A stretch of 64,000 nt of DNA from Nitrospinales bacterium. Its GTDB lineage: Bacteria > Nitrospinota > Nitrospinia > Nitrospinales > VA-1. The notes beneath the pieces were generated by a model. It made no database searches. It was not told the origin of the DNA and saw only the letters and a program-made list of their open reading frames with translations. The position numbers and the translations under genes are program-made. Below are positions 1-9,955 of this stretch, piece by piece (the first letter of the stretch is position 1; the number at the start of each line of letters is the position of its first letter). The stretch is from NCBI GenBank assembly GCA_965262115.1, contig OZ253496.1:1056001-1120000 (forward strand), written 5' to 3'.

Positions 1-143
1 ACCAACTGCTCAAAGAAAGAATCACAAAACCTGGAAACCCACCTGCCAACCATGAGAAAGCGAATGCCATTTCCCGAAACACTTTGGTTTTTGCACTGGT
101 TTCTGGTTTGCTGGCCCTGCTTTGGTTTATGGCCCGAAACTGA
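1..143 (+). CDS. 3' end of a gene truncated by the window edge; hydrophobic C-terminal segment
   Basis: Open frame from position 3 (QLLKERITKP...LVFALVSGLLALLWFMARN*) ending in TGA at 141-143. Confidence 0.5.
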   Translation, partial: QLLKERITKPGNPPANHEKANAISRNTLVFALVSGLLALLWFMARN

Positions 144-366
144 AACACACGCCTAAAGGAATGTAAAATGAAGGCAATTTCTGTTAAACTTCACCCTAAG
201 ATGAAGAAATATTGAATCTTTATCATAATTGTCGCCATCCTACTAAATAGAAGTTTCCTCAGTTAAGAGGCTGAGATTTCGCCTGATTCCTTAATTAAAG
301 TAACACCCAAAAGTTTTTCAAAAAACCGTCCCAAAATATCAACCAATGTATTGAGAGGAAAACCAA

Positions 367-831
367 ATGTGGGTAATTGAATTTTTTCATGTAATTATCG
401 GAATTTTGTGGATCGGATTATTGTACTTCTTCAATCTGGTTCAGGTGCAGTCCATGCCACAAATGGTCGAAGCAGGCGCCGCCAAACCCTACACCCAGAT
501 CATTCTGCCCCGCGCTCTGTTTTTGTTCCGGCACGCCGCGTTATGGACGGTCATCACCGGCATCGCTTATTACATGGCCGGTCGGGGAACAGTTCAAGGG
601 ATTCCCAGCGGTGAGATCATGATCGGCATGTTGCTGGGCATCATCATGGCAGGCAATGTCTGGTTCATCATCTGGCCGAACCAAAAAAAGATCATCGCCG
701 GCGAGTTGGAAGGCGATGCCATGACCAAAGCTAAAAGAAGGGCTTTTCTTGCCAGCAGAACCAACGCCTGGCTTTCAATACCTATGTTAATCGGAATGAT
801 CGCCGCCAACCACGGCGGTATCATGTTCTAG
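367..831 (+). CDS. Urate oxidase N-terminal / PuuD-like membrane protein, without a cytochrome c domain
   Basis: HVIIGILWIGLLYFFN, NVWFIIWPNQKK and ASRTNAWLSIPM motifs; 4 hydrophobic segments; RBS GAGGA upstream. Confidence 0.7.
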   Translation: MWVIEFFHVIIGILWIGLLYFFNLVQVQSMPQMVEAGAAKPYTQIILPRALFLFRHAALWTVITGIAYYMAGRGTVQGIPSGEIMIGMLLGIIMAGNVWFIIWPNQKKIIAGELEGDAMTKAKRRAFLASRTNAWLSIPMLIGMIAANHGGIMF

Positions 832-832
832 C

Positions 833-896
833 GCCAGCGTGACGCTGGACTCAGTGAACAATCACTTTTTCTGGCTAGCAAAGGGTTGTCTCGGCT
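833..896 (+). repeat. Dispersed intergenic repeat family X, copy 1 (hairpin block B + spacer + block A)
   Basis: Aligns ungapped with 17962-18025 (49/64 by eye); blocks match the reverse complement of 45431-45460 and 45480-45499. Confidence 0.75.
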
Positions 897-1018
897 CCAC
901 AAGCTGCTACGTGAAGTGGTGGAGAGCCGCCGCTAGAAAGTTGTAATGCCTTTATCTTGCCCTTCCAAAGATGAAGGCAGTTTTAATTGTTTTATCTAGT
1001 CTTTACTCACAGTACAAG

Positions 1019-1058
1019 AAGGGGTTCGTCCACTGTCAAGGGGGCGAACCCTTTTTTT
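1019..1058 (+). terminator. Rho-independent terminator
   Basis: GGGTTCGTCC...GGGCGAACCC stem followed by T7. Confidence 0.75.
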
Positions 1059-1084
1059 GTGGCCGGGCACGGCCTGAACTTCCC

Positions 1085-1260
1085 CCTGAGAAGGAGACCT
1101 CTGCGTAACCATAGATTTCGCGTTATTTTGTTTCTCAAAATCATCCTCCCCTCTCATGAGGAGAGGCAAGGCGTAGCCGCGGAGGGGTGTGGATTTTTTT
1201 GACGGAATTTATAATCCAACCCTCCCCTAACCCCTCTCTATGAAGGGAGGGGAAGTTCAC
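1085..1260. repeat. Orphan MITE-like end plus C-rich/G-rich REP-like palindromes
   Basis: GAGACCTCTGCGTAA at 1094-1108 preceded by CCTGAGAAG (same 9-mer flanks the MITE at 34392-34519); CTCCCCT...AGGGG palindromes follow; no partner TIR seen. Confidence 0.55.
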
Positions 1261-1406
1261 AATGACGATTTTATAAATCCATTCTTTTCCCTGCCCACCC
1301 CACTCCATGACTACTCGCCACATCCAACATTTTTGTTCAAAATGCCGTCGTTTGACAATTTTGGATTGCTGAATTAGGCTCGAACTCTGACTTGAAAGAA
1401 GGCATT

Positions 1407-1812
1407 ATGAAACAAAACCCACTTTTTCTAATATATATTTCAATTTTATTTTTATCGTCTTGTGCTAGCGCTCCGACTAAAGAAGAACTTCAGAATGCGG
1501 ATTACGGAAACCCACCGTCTAACCATCAGGAAACTATAACAAACTATATGGGAAGCCAACTAAAAGACCCGTACTCTGCACAATATAATTTTCTGTCTGG
1601 GCCGAAACAACAATGGTCATCTTTTTTAAGTAGCATAGAATTTGGTTATGGTGTGTGCGTAACAATCAACGCAAAAAAACTCATACGGAGGTTATACAGG
1701 CCAAAAACTTCATTACTTCTTAATTCACAATAATATTATAGTACAGCACTTATACCAATCTGGAAGAGACTATGACATTATGGGAGTAGCCGCTGAAAAG
1801 AGGTGCTCATAA
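1407..1812 (+). pseudogene. Small lipoprotein (NAKNSYGGYTG-type) broken by a +1 frameshift, or a sequencing error
   Basis: Lipobox LSSC; removing one A from the A7 run at 1673-1679 gives ...INAKNSYGGYTGQKLHYFLIH...KRCS* ending at 1812. Confidence 0.7.
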
Positions 1813-1886
1813 ATTATCCAAGCACTGCTGAAAAAATATAACTTAAAGCAGATTAATTGAAATCCACGGCAACAGGTATTAATGGG

Positions 1887-3107
1887 TTATTCTGTAGTCA
1901 AAGCTTCCATGGGGTCGAGCTTGGAAGCTTTGATGGCGGGGAACACGCCGAATAAAACCCCGATGCCTGCACAGGCCCAACTCGCTATCCAGATGGAATG
2001 GGGGTCAAGAATCAGGGTCCAGTCACCCCAATGGGTAAGACCCAGCGTCAATCCGACTCCCAGAACGATGCCCAGTCCGCCGCCAAGAAATCCGATGATC
2101 AAAGATTCATAAAGAAACTGGTGGATGATATCTCTGCGGGTCGCGCCCACCGCTCTTCGGATTCCTATCTCGCGGGTACGCTCTTTCACGGAGATCAACA
2201 TCACCGCCAGAATTCCGATGCCGCCCACCAGCAACGATATGCCCGCTACTCCCACAATCAGTTTGGTGAACAGTTCGGTGGTTTCTTTTTTCAAGTCTTC
2301 CAGATCCAATTGACTGATGAGAGTGAAGTCGTCGTTGCGGTCATCTGTGAGTTTGTGGTTTTCTCTAAGAAGTTCGCGGATTTTCCCCGAAGCTTTAGCA
2401 ATGTTTTGCCTTGATGAAGCTTTAACAAAAATCCGGCTGATAAATTTCTGATTGACAATACGGCGCATATAAGTCGAAAGCGGAATCAGCACCAGATCGT
2501 CCTGATCCAACCCGTTTGTATCCACACCCTTAGGTTCGAACACACCAATGATTTTAAAAGGCATGAAGTGTACCTTGATGACCTGCCCCATTGGGTCTTC
2601 TTCACCAAAAAGATTTTTAACAGTGGTCATCCCAATAATGGCTACACGGTTGGCTGTTTTTGCATCTCTTTCAGAAAAAAATTCACCGCTCTGCAAGCGA
2701 TAGTCACGGATAATGGAAAAATCGGCGGTGGAACCGGCGATAGTGGTTTCTGTCGAGTTATGGCCAAACTTGGCCACCATTCTTTTTTCTTCAAAAGGCG
2801 CCACGCTCTCCACCTCCCCGATTTCATCCATGATCCGGTTGGCATCGCGAACGGTCAAGGTGGTCACATTCCCGGTAAGGCGTAAGCGCCCTCCGCGCCG
2901 TTTCATTTCCCCGGCGTTGACAGTGATCAGGTTTTCTCCCATCCCCGCAATGACATCCATCACCTCCTGTTGCGAACCTTTGCCAATGGCCACCATGATG
3001 ATCACCGAGGCGATACCGATCAGTATGCCGAGGGAGGCAAGAAAGGTACGGGTCTTGTGGGCCAGGAGAGCTTTAAGCGCTATCCCGAGAGAAGAAAAAA
3101 AATTCAT
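1887..3107 (-). CDS. ABC transporter permease, MacB/FtsX family
   Basis: RTFLASLGILIGIASVI and VKERTREIGIRRAVGA motifs; C-terminal LDPMEAL. Confidence 0.9.
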   Translation of the reverse strand: MNFFSSLGIALKALLAHKTRTFLASLGILIGIASVIIMVAIGKGSQQEVMDVIAGMGENLITVNAGEMKRRGGRLRLTGNVTTLTVRDANRIMDEIGEVESVAPFEEKRMVAKFGHNSTETTIAGSTADFSIIRDYRLQSGEFFSERDAKTANRVAIIGMTTVKNLFGEEDPMGQVIKVHFMPFKIIGVFEPKGVDTNGLDQDDLVLIPLSTYMRRIVNQKFISRIFVKASSRQNIAKASGKIRELLRENHKLTDDRNDDFTLISQLDLEDLKKETTELFTKLIVGVAGISLLVGGIGILAVMLISVKERTREIGIRRAVGATRRDIIHQFLYESLIIGFLGGGLGIVLGVGLTLGLTHWGDWTLILDPHSIWIASWACAGIGVLFGVFPAIKASKLDPMEALTTE

Positions 3108-3118
3108 CAGTCAACTCA

Positions 3119-4330
3119 TTAAGATCGAATGGATTCTTCAGGACTCAAAAAAGCCGCCTTGCGGGCAGGATGAATCCCGAATATCAAACCAATCAGGGAA
3201 CAAAATACGAACGACAGGATAAAAGGTTCCGCCGTGATATGAGTGGGGAGCACATCAAACCGTTTTAACCCAAATGAAATAACTAATCCCAGCCCAACAC
3301 CCATGAGCCCACCCAACAGGGAAACCAAAATCGACTCGAATAAAAACTGGAAGGTGATGTCGGACCGACGCGCACCGAAACATCGGCGAATGCCTATTTC
3401 TCGAACCCGTTCCCGGATGGAAACCAAAAGGATATTCATGATAACGATTCCGCCGACCAGAAGAGAAACGGTTGAGATCAGAATCAGCATGCGGTTTAAG
3501 GCCTGCTCCGATTCGGTCACCCATTGCATGATGCCTTCGGGAGTGATGAAACGGAAATCGGCGGCGGCGAGAACCGAAAGATTGTGGTTGCGGCGCAAAA
3601 TCTGGCGTACCGCTTCCATGGTCTCCGGCACCTGCGAAGAATCCATAGAAACAACCTTTATACTGTGAAGGTAGGTTTCGTGCGTCAAGCGCGACATCGA
3701 GGTGGTCAGTGGAATCAGGGCCCGGTCGTCAGGGTCGTACCCGCTTTCGGTCAGCCCCTTTTCTTCGAGCAGACCGATCACTTGATAATAATTATTTTGC
3801 AGGCGCACCATTTTTCCAATGGAGTCTTTACCTTTAAAAAGTTTTCTGGCAGGAGTCGCACCCAGCACCACCACCCGCTTTCTACGGTCCAGATCGCTGT
3901 CAGATAAAAAATCACCATCTGTCATTTTCCATCCCCGCGCCAACTGCCAATCCGGCGTCACCCCATAAACCCGGGTGCTAGTGAACTCTTTTTTATTGAT
4001 GATCTGCATGCGTTTTCTCTGCCGGGGCACCACCAGTCTAACGGTGGGAAGCGCCAGCAGGTCTTCGGCATCCTCAAGGGTCATGCTGGTGGTGTTCTTA
4101 GAGCGGGCAAAAAACATTCTTCCCGCACCAGCGATCACCGAGAAAGATTCCGGACCAAACCCCATATTGGAAATGCGGTTGAGAACCTTGATCTTGATGC
4201 CATCGCCAATAGCCACAATCACCGTCAAAGACGCGATGCCGATCATCACACCCAAAGTCATGAGAAACGTGTTGCCCCGGTTCAGTCTTAACCCTCTAAG
4301 AGCCTGGCCGAGATTTTTAAAAATTCGCAT
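3119..4330 (-). CDS. ABC transporter permease, MacB/FtsX family (second paralog)
   Basis: LGVMIGIASL and IRERVREIGIRRCFGA motifs. Confidence 0.9.
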   Translation of the reverse strand: MRIFKNLGQALRGLRLNRGNTFLMTLGVMIGIASLTVIVAIGDGIKIKVLNRISNMGFGPESFSVIAGAGRMFFARSKNTTSMTLEDAEDLLALPTVRLVVPRQRKRMQIINKKEFTSTRVYGVTPDWQLARGWKMTDGDFLSDSDLDRRKRVVVLGATPARKLFKGKDSIGKMVRLQNNYYQVIGLLEEKGLTESGYDPDDRALIPLTTSMSRLTHETYLHSIKVVSMDSSQVPETMEAVRQILRRNHNLSVLAAADFRFITPEGIMQWVTESEQALNRMLILISTVSLLVGGIVIMNILLVSIRERVREIGIRRCFGARRSDITFQFLFESILVSLLGGLMGVGLGLVISFGLKRFDVLPTHITAEPFILSFVFCSLIGLIFGIHPARKAAFLSPEESIRS

Positions 4331-4344
4331 ACAAGATCTCCGGC

Positions 4345-5052
4345 TTAAACGGACCGGGTTTGTTCTTCATGACTCACCTCACTGTCTGAGGCGATCTGCC
4401 CGTCCAGGATGGAGATGATTCGACCGGCATGTCGCGCCACTTCCTGATCATGGGTGATGAGCACAATGGTCTTTCCTTCTTTGACGAGGTTGTCAAAGGT
4501 CTTCATGGTCTTGATGCCGTTTTTTGAATCCAGATTTCCTGTGGGTTCATCCGCAAGAATGATTCGAGGATTATTAATGAGAGAACGTGCGATGGTGACC
4601 CTCTGCTGTTCACCGCCTGATAACTGTCCCGGTGTGTGATGCAGGCGGTGCTCCAGTCCTACCTTGGCGAGCAGTTCCCGGGCTCGTTCCTTGACGTTAC
4701 CCTGAGATCCTCTTGCGTAAACCAAAGGCAGGATAACGTTTTCCAGCGCCGTGACTCCCGGCAAAAGGTGAAAGGCTTGAAATACAAAACCTATTTTCTC
4801 GTTGCGGACGCGGGAAAGTTTGCGGTCGTTCAACTTGCCAACCGGCTCACCATCCAGAAGGTACTCACCAGTGGTGGGCTGGGCCAGGCATCCCATGATT
4901 GCCATGAGTGTACTTTTCCCTGCACCGGAAGGCCCGACAATGCCGACGTAATCTCCTTCTGCGATATGAAGCGTCACATCCTCAAGCACCCGGGTCTCGA
5001 AACCAATATTCCGGTAGCTCTTGCAGATGGAGGTCATTTCAATGAGGTTCAT
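4345..5052 (-). CDS. ABC transporter ATP-binding protein (MacB/LolD-like)
   Basis: Walker A GPSGAGKS, signature LSGGEQQRV, Walker B ILADEPTGNLD, H-loop ITHD. Confidence 0.95.
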   Translation of the reverse strand: MNLIEMTSICKSYRNIGFETRVLEDVTLHIAEGDYVGIVGPSGAGKSTLMAIMGCLAQPTTGEYLLDGEPVGKLNDRKLSRVRNEKIGFVFQAFHLLPGVTALENVILPLVYARGSQGNVKERARELLAKVGLEHRLHHTPGQLSGGEQQRVTIARSLINNPRIILADEPTGNLDSKNGIKTMKTFDNLVKEGKTIVLITHDQEVARHAGRIISILDGQIASDSEVSHEEQTRSV

Positions 5053-6347
5053 CGCCGCCGCCTTCTACCTTCGCGTTTTTTCCCCAAGGGTTTGTTAGGA
5101 ATTCCCACCTGGTCTCCCTCATTGAGACCCGAGACCACTTCGATATTGCGGCCATCGCGCCAACCTAACTCAATGGGCTTGTCTGCCAGTTCACTGCTTG
5201 CTTGCATGACGACAAAAGTTTTTTTACCTTCCCGTTTGATCGCTTCTTTCGGGAGAGTCAGAACATTTTTCCGAGTTCCAGTGGTGACCACGACATTCGC
5301 CGTCATCTCCGGCCTGAGTTTCGCGACATTCTTTTTTTCAATATCAAGGATCACTTCATAGTTCACCACGTTATCCTTGATCACCGCCTTCGGGTGAATT
5401 TCCCGAACCTTGCCACTGAAGAACCGCTCGGCGTAAGTATCGACGGTAAACTTCGCCATTTGCCCGACCTCGATTCGTCCTATATCCGTTTCGTCGACAA
5501 AAACCGTGACTTCCAGTTTGCGAAGATCGATCAGGGTGACAAATGTCGGAGCGTTGAGGCTGGCCACCACCGTTTCCCCTTCCTGGGTGGAGACAAATGC
5601 GACAATGCCATCGATGGGCGCAGTGATCGAGGCATAAGTGAGCTGAATCTCTTCTACATTAAGGTTCGCTCGGGCCTTGTCGACCATAGCTTCGGCCAGT
5701 CGGCTGTCATTTTTCAACTGGCTTCGCTTGAGTTTCAACTCCTCGTTCGCCAGATTGATCCTGGCCCTCAACACTTCCAGTCTTTCTTGTGCTTCATCCA
5801 AAACGGTGGTGGAGACAAACCCTTTCCGATTCAGCTCATCATTGCGCTCCAACATTTTCTGCGCCAGCTTGGTCTGCACCTGCAGTTCATTGCGTTCCGC
5901 TATAGCCTTGTTAATTTCCAGCGGACCTTCTGCGCGGATTTTTGCCAGCCGGGCATTTTCCGCGTCCAGATCGGCTTGGAAACGTGCCACCCGGGAGAGC
6001 AGGTCTTCATGCTCAATAACGGCGATGATATCTCCTGCGCGAATGAAATCGCCAATTTTAACCAGCAGGCTTTTGACCTGTCCGGATATGCGGGCGCCGA
6101 TTTTAACTTCCGCACCCGTTTTGAGTGTCACGGTTCCCGTAGCCAAAACTTTTTGATGAATGTCCTGCCGAGTCACCGGTTGGAATTTGAAATCCTTTAC
6201 CGTGGGCTTTTGCGGGGGCTTCCCGAAAAATATTTCCCGGCCGGTTTTGATGACTGGGTCCATCTTCCCTTCTTGCCAGGCCCAGGTCAAACCGGCCGCA
6301 AGAACCATCAACAACAAGAGACTCCGGAGTTTTCCCGAAATTTTCAT
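5049..6347 (-). CDS. Efflux periplasmic adaptor subunit (MacA-like)
   Basis: IGARISGQV, coiled-coil hairpin, ITAPIDGIV, VDETDIG, LRPEMTANV; 4-bp overlap with the ATPase gene. Confidence 0.9.
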   Translation of the reverse strand: MKISGKLRSLLLLMVLAAGLTWAWQEGKMDPVIKTGREIFFGKPPQKPTVKDFKFQPVTRQDIHQKVLATGTVTLKTGAEVKIGARISGQVKSLLVKIGDFIRAGDIIAVIEHEDLLSRVARFQADLDAENARLAKIRAEGPLEINKAIAERNELQVQTKLAQKMLERNDELNRKGFVSTTVLDEAQERLEVLRARINLANEELKLKRSQLKNDSRLAEAMVDKARANLNVEEIQLTYASITAPIDGIVAFVSTQEGETVVASLNAPTFVTLIDLRKLEVTVFVDETDIGRIEVGQMAKFTVDTYAERFFSGKVREIHPKAVIKDNVVNYEVILDIEKKNVAKLRPEMTANVVVTTGTRKNVLTLPKEAIKREGKKTFVVMQASSELADKPIELGWRDGRNIEVVSGLNEGDQVGIPNKPLGKKREGRRRRR

Positions 6348-6599
6348 AATAGAACCATTAAATTACTCTTCATTAATTTTATCATCCACTGGGCGTGGGA
6401 GGGTGTAATATCCCTATCATTAACTTTATGCCCTGCAGGAATAAATTTGCAGGAACTTCTCATGCCGAGATAGCTCTTTTATAGCTAAATAACGCCATGG
6501 CTCATTGTCTCCACGCCGAATGGGGGTAAATATGCTAAGATAAAGGAATTATCCGTCTATTCTGGGATCGGCAGATGACCAGATAACTTGAGTATTATC

Positions 6600-9500
6600 A
6601 TGGCCCCCGCGTCGTCTAATAAGAACATACCTCAGACACGGCCCAAGTCTTTCTTAAAACGCTGGATTTGGGTTCCTGTTGCCCTGATTCTTACCCTCGT
6701 CATTATCCTTTCACAAGTTGACCTGGAGTCGGTGAAAGAAAACCTGATTCAAAAAGTTTCTGATGAAACGGGCCTGAAAGTAGAGATAGATTCTATAGGA
6801 TTCGGCTTCTCCAGCGGCCTGGGACTGCAATGTAAGGGCGTGAAAGTGAGCACCCCCGAAGGTGATCACTATTCGGTGGATCGACTGGACTTGCTGGCGG
6901 CGTGGAGCCCTCTTCTTAAAGGCGAGTTCAAAATAAAATCCGCTGTTCTGGAACACCCCGTAATAAAACTGGAAATTCCTGAACTTGCCCCGGAACAACC
7001 GCCAACAAAAGAGGAAAAAAATCTGCCGGACAAATCTCAACCGTCAGATGGACTCATCGATTCTGAAACCCTTCAATCCACCACCGACAAGATAAAAAAC
7101 ACTCCGATAGCCATCGACGAGTTCATCATTTACGATGGCAAGATCACACTAACCCGATCTGGCTCCACAAGACAACTCCTCTTAAACGTGGATGGAACCT
7201 TTGTCCTTAACCGGGACAAAGGTATGGATATTTCAGCAAAGTCCGTAAAAATCCAGACAGGGTCTATCCTGCTTGAAGGAGACGGGAAAGTCTCAAACCT
7301 GACTCTGAACAATGCCGGGATTGAAATGAACCTGCAATCCGATGATTTTTCATTGGAGAAATTAAAACCTGTAATGCAGTTCTTTGGTGTTTCAGCAAAA
7401 GAAACACTGGCCCCTCTCGAAAAGATCGATGTTGATCACCTTTTATTGAAAGCCGCATTCCCCCTCAACTCTCTGACACAGGTGGACGAATTAAAAAAAC
7501 AAATGGTCGGCAAAATTGAATTGAAAATCCGCAACGCCATTTTAAAAATGAAGGATCGTTTCACCATCGAATCGCTGGAGGGGAAAGGATCATGGAGCAA
7601 TGGAGTGCTCGACCACAATTTTTTTGGCAGAGTGCTGGAAAGTGATTTCAGCATCAGCGGCAAACTGCCCTTTGCTGATCTAGAGAAAGATTCCACCTCC
7701 AACATCAAATGGAAAAACCTGGATCTGAAAAAACTTCCTCTGGAAAAAGGAATGGCGTGGAAACCCGCCCAGGGCATTACTTCTGGCAGAGTTTCTCTCA
7801 CCGGCCCCCTGCCCAAAGAAATTAAAACAGATAAATTGAATGGCACTTTCGATATTCAAGCACAGAATCTGGTTCTAAAACCAGCCAGCGTAAAACAGGG
7901 AAACCCCATTGAGTTAAGCCAACTGAAGGCCCGCGGCAGTTTGAAAGAGGGCTTACTGAATCATGACATCCAGGCAACCCTTTGGGGCGGTGAGTTTGGC
8001 ATTAAAGGAAATGTGCGTCTGCCCCTTGCCAAACCGGTTCTCGATTCAAAGATAAGCTGGAAAAATCTGGATGTGGCCCAACTGCCTTTGCCAAAGGTTA
8101 TGGGCTGGTATCCCGCACAAGGGAAGGTTTCAGGAACCCTCAAACTGAAAGGCCCTGTCCCTGAAAAAGGGGAGAGTTTCCCCGGCCAGATCAAAGCATC
8201 ACTAAAGTTTGATGCGCAAAACTTAAAACTCCAGGGCAAAGACGCCCCTGCCATTTCGCTGGCCCGTTTGGAAGGAGATGGAAGAATTGCAAACAACAAG
8301 GTCAGCTACAAACTAAAAGCCGACGTATTCAACGGAACCATTAAATCGGACGGTAAAGTCTCCTTTGGGTCCACCAAACCGGTTCTCAATAATAAAATTG
8401 AACTCACCAATCTCGATTTGACCCAGCTTCCCCTGACAACCATCCCGGAAGAAGGAACCGTTTCAGGAACAATAAAGCTGAAAGGTCCCTTGCCGGAGCC
8501 GGAAAATATACTGACCGGAAAACTGAATATCGACACCAGCTTTAAAGTGGCGGATCTGAATATTTCTGCTGGCACACTTCCTTTAAATATTCAGCGCTTT
8601 GAAGGAAAAGTGAACTTAAAACAAGGCAAGCTCACGCATAACTTGAACGGAACCTTGTTTGGCGGAACTGTAAAGACAAAAGGCCGTTTGACTTTTAAAA
8701 AAAATAAAGCGCAAACCCTGATCACCTCAGACTCGAACCTGTCGCTGGACAAAATCAGCCTCGACTGGGTCCCCCTGATCCAGAAAAGCGAATGGGCCCC
8801 TTCTTCCGGCACGCTGACGGGAGATCTAAATATAAAAGGACCGCTCCCTTCCGGCGGCGGCGCCCCTCTGAAGTTGAAACTTGCAGGAACCCTTTTGGGC
8901 GAAAAACTGATATTGGGAAAACCCGAGAGAGTCATTGACACCATAAAACTGAATTTCATGGAAAGCTCCTCCGCCCTGTTCAAGACAGAGATCACTGCGG
9001 AAAAAATCCAACTGGATGCCAGGAGCTTTAAAAAAGCCCTGGCATTGATAAATTTCAGCCCGGAGAAAATCGATCTCACCCGAGCTGAGATATGGCCCAT
9101 GAACGGACGGATACAACTTGCCGGCAATTTTCAGCCCGAGTCCGGGAACTATCGCATGAAATTTAGAGGAAAAAAGTTAAGGGTGGAGGACCTTTCCCCT
9201 CCCCACATTAAGGGTCCTCTGGAATTCTCGGGGGCCATAGCAGGAGCACTTCCTAAAAACGTCGATACGCCGGAGCTTCCCGATTACGCCCGGGAACTTT
9301 CTGGCAATATGAAAATCAATCTTGTTGAAGGAACGATTCCAGAGCTTGGTGTGCTGGAAAACCTGCTCAATCTACTCAACCTCAATATATCCGGCTCTCA
9401 AAAAGCAGGGTTGGTCTATGACTATCTGCGGGGGGATTTTAAAATTAAGAAAGGGGTTGTTGACACCAGAAATTTGGAAATGAAAGGTCCGCAAATCACG

Positions 9501-9785
9501 ATGACCGTTAAAGGCCAAGCTGATCTGGTGAAAGACTCCGTCAATGCAGAAGTTAAGGCCGTGCCACTGCAAGTGGCAGAAAAAATCATCAAAGCCATTC
9601 CGCTGTTGGGCCAGATTTTAGGAGGGGGAGAAAAAGGCGGCGTTCTCGAAATTTACATCAAGGTGGGCGGCAAGCTTAGCGAACCAAGCTTCACCCCTTT
9701 ACCACATAAATCCTTGACTGAAAAGCCAGCCAGTATTCTGGAAGGAATCCTCAACCTGCCAAAAAACCTGAATAAAGGGAGATAA
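6600..9785 (+). CDS. AsmA-like (repeating beta-groove) envelope protein
   Basis: N-terminal TM anchor, AsmA-like N-terminus, C-terminal GDFKIKKG...IPLLGQILGG...VGGKLSEP; ATG at 6600 chosen (ORF open from 6588). Confidence 0.75.
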   Translation: MAPASSNKNIPQTRPKSFLKRWIWVPVALILTLVIILSQVDLESVKENLIQKVSDETGLKVEIDSIGFGFSSGLGLQCKGVKVSTPEGDHYSVDRLDLLAAWSPLLKGEFKIKSAVLEHPVIKLEIPELAPEQPPTKEEKNLPDKSQPSDGLIDSETLQSTTDKIKNTPIAIDEFIIYDGKITLTRSGSTRQLLLNVDGTFVLNRDKGMDISAKSVKIQTGSILLEGDGKVSNLTLNNAGIEMNLQSDDFSLEKLKPVMQFFGVSAKETLAPLEKIDVDHLLLKAAFPLNSLTQVDELKKQMVGKIELKIRNAILKMKDRFTIESLEGKGSWSNGVLDHNFFGRVLESDFSISGKLPFADLEKDSTSNIKWKNLDLKKLPLEKGMAWKPAQGITSGRVSLTGPLPKEIKTDKLNGTFDIQAQNLVLKPASVKQGNPIELSQLKARGSLKEGLLNHDIQATLWGGEFGIKGNVRLPLAKPVLDSKISWKNLDVAQLPLPKVMGWYPAQGKVSGTLKLKGPVPEKGESFPGQIKASLKFDAQNLKLQGKDAPAISLARLEGDGRIANNKVSYKLKADVFNGTIKSDGKVSFGSTKPVLNNKIELTNLDLTQLPLTTIPEEGTVSGTIKLKGPLPEPENILTGKLNIDTSFKVADLNISAGTLPLNIQRFEGKVNLKQGKLTHNLNGTLFGGTVKTKGRLTFKKNKAQTLITSDSNLSLDKISLDWVPLIQKSEWAPSSGTLTGDLNIKGPLPSGGGAPLKLKLAGTLLGEKLILGKPERVIDTIKLNFMESSSALFKTEITAEKIQLDARSFKKALALINFSPEKIDLTRAEIWPMNGRIQLAGNFQPESGNYRMKFRGKKLRVEDLSPPHIKGPLEFSGAIAGALPKNVDTPELPDYARELSGNMKINLVEGTIPELGVLENLLNLLNLNISGSQKAGLVYDYLRGDFKIKKGVVDTRNLEMKGPQITMTVKGQADLVKDSVNAEVKAVPLQVAEKIIKAIPLLGQILGGGEKGGVLEIYIKVGGKLSEPSFTPLPHKSLTEKPASILEGILNLPKNLNKGR

Positions 9786-9903
9786 AGTAACGCTGTAGAC
9801 CTAGACCTTCATAACATACAAGCAAGAATGGACTTACTTCCCCGAAGGCAGCAATCGGCCATTAGCGGACATTTACCATTTTCAAAAAGCAGACCAAGGG
9901 GAG

Positions 9904-9955
9904 TGGTAGCCTCAAGGTGATTCCAACCCCTGTTTCCGGCGTGAAAAGCCGATGA
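9904..9955 (-). pseudogene. Degenerate tRNA-Glu(TTC) 3' fragment, att-like site
   Basis: Reverse complement CATCGGCTTTTCACGCCGGAAACAGGGGTTGGAATCACCTTGAGGCTACCA: anticodon arm with TTC, mutated T-arm, ACCA end; no recognisable D-arm. Confidence 0.7.

Noticed and set aside
5202..6473. 423-aa + strand ORF, and similar long ORFs at 4636-5361, 14725-15582 and 47763-48581
   Set aside because: Antisense shadows of well-supported genes; no recognisable motifs
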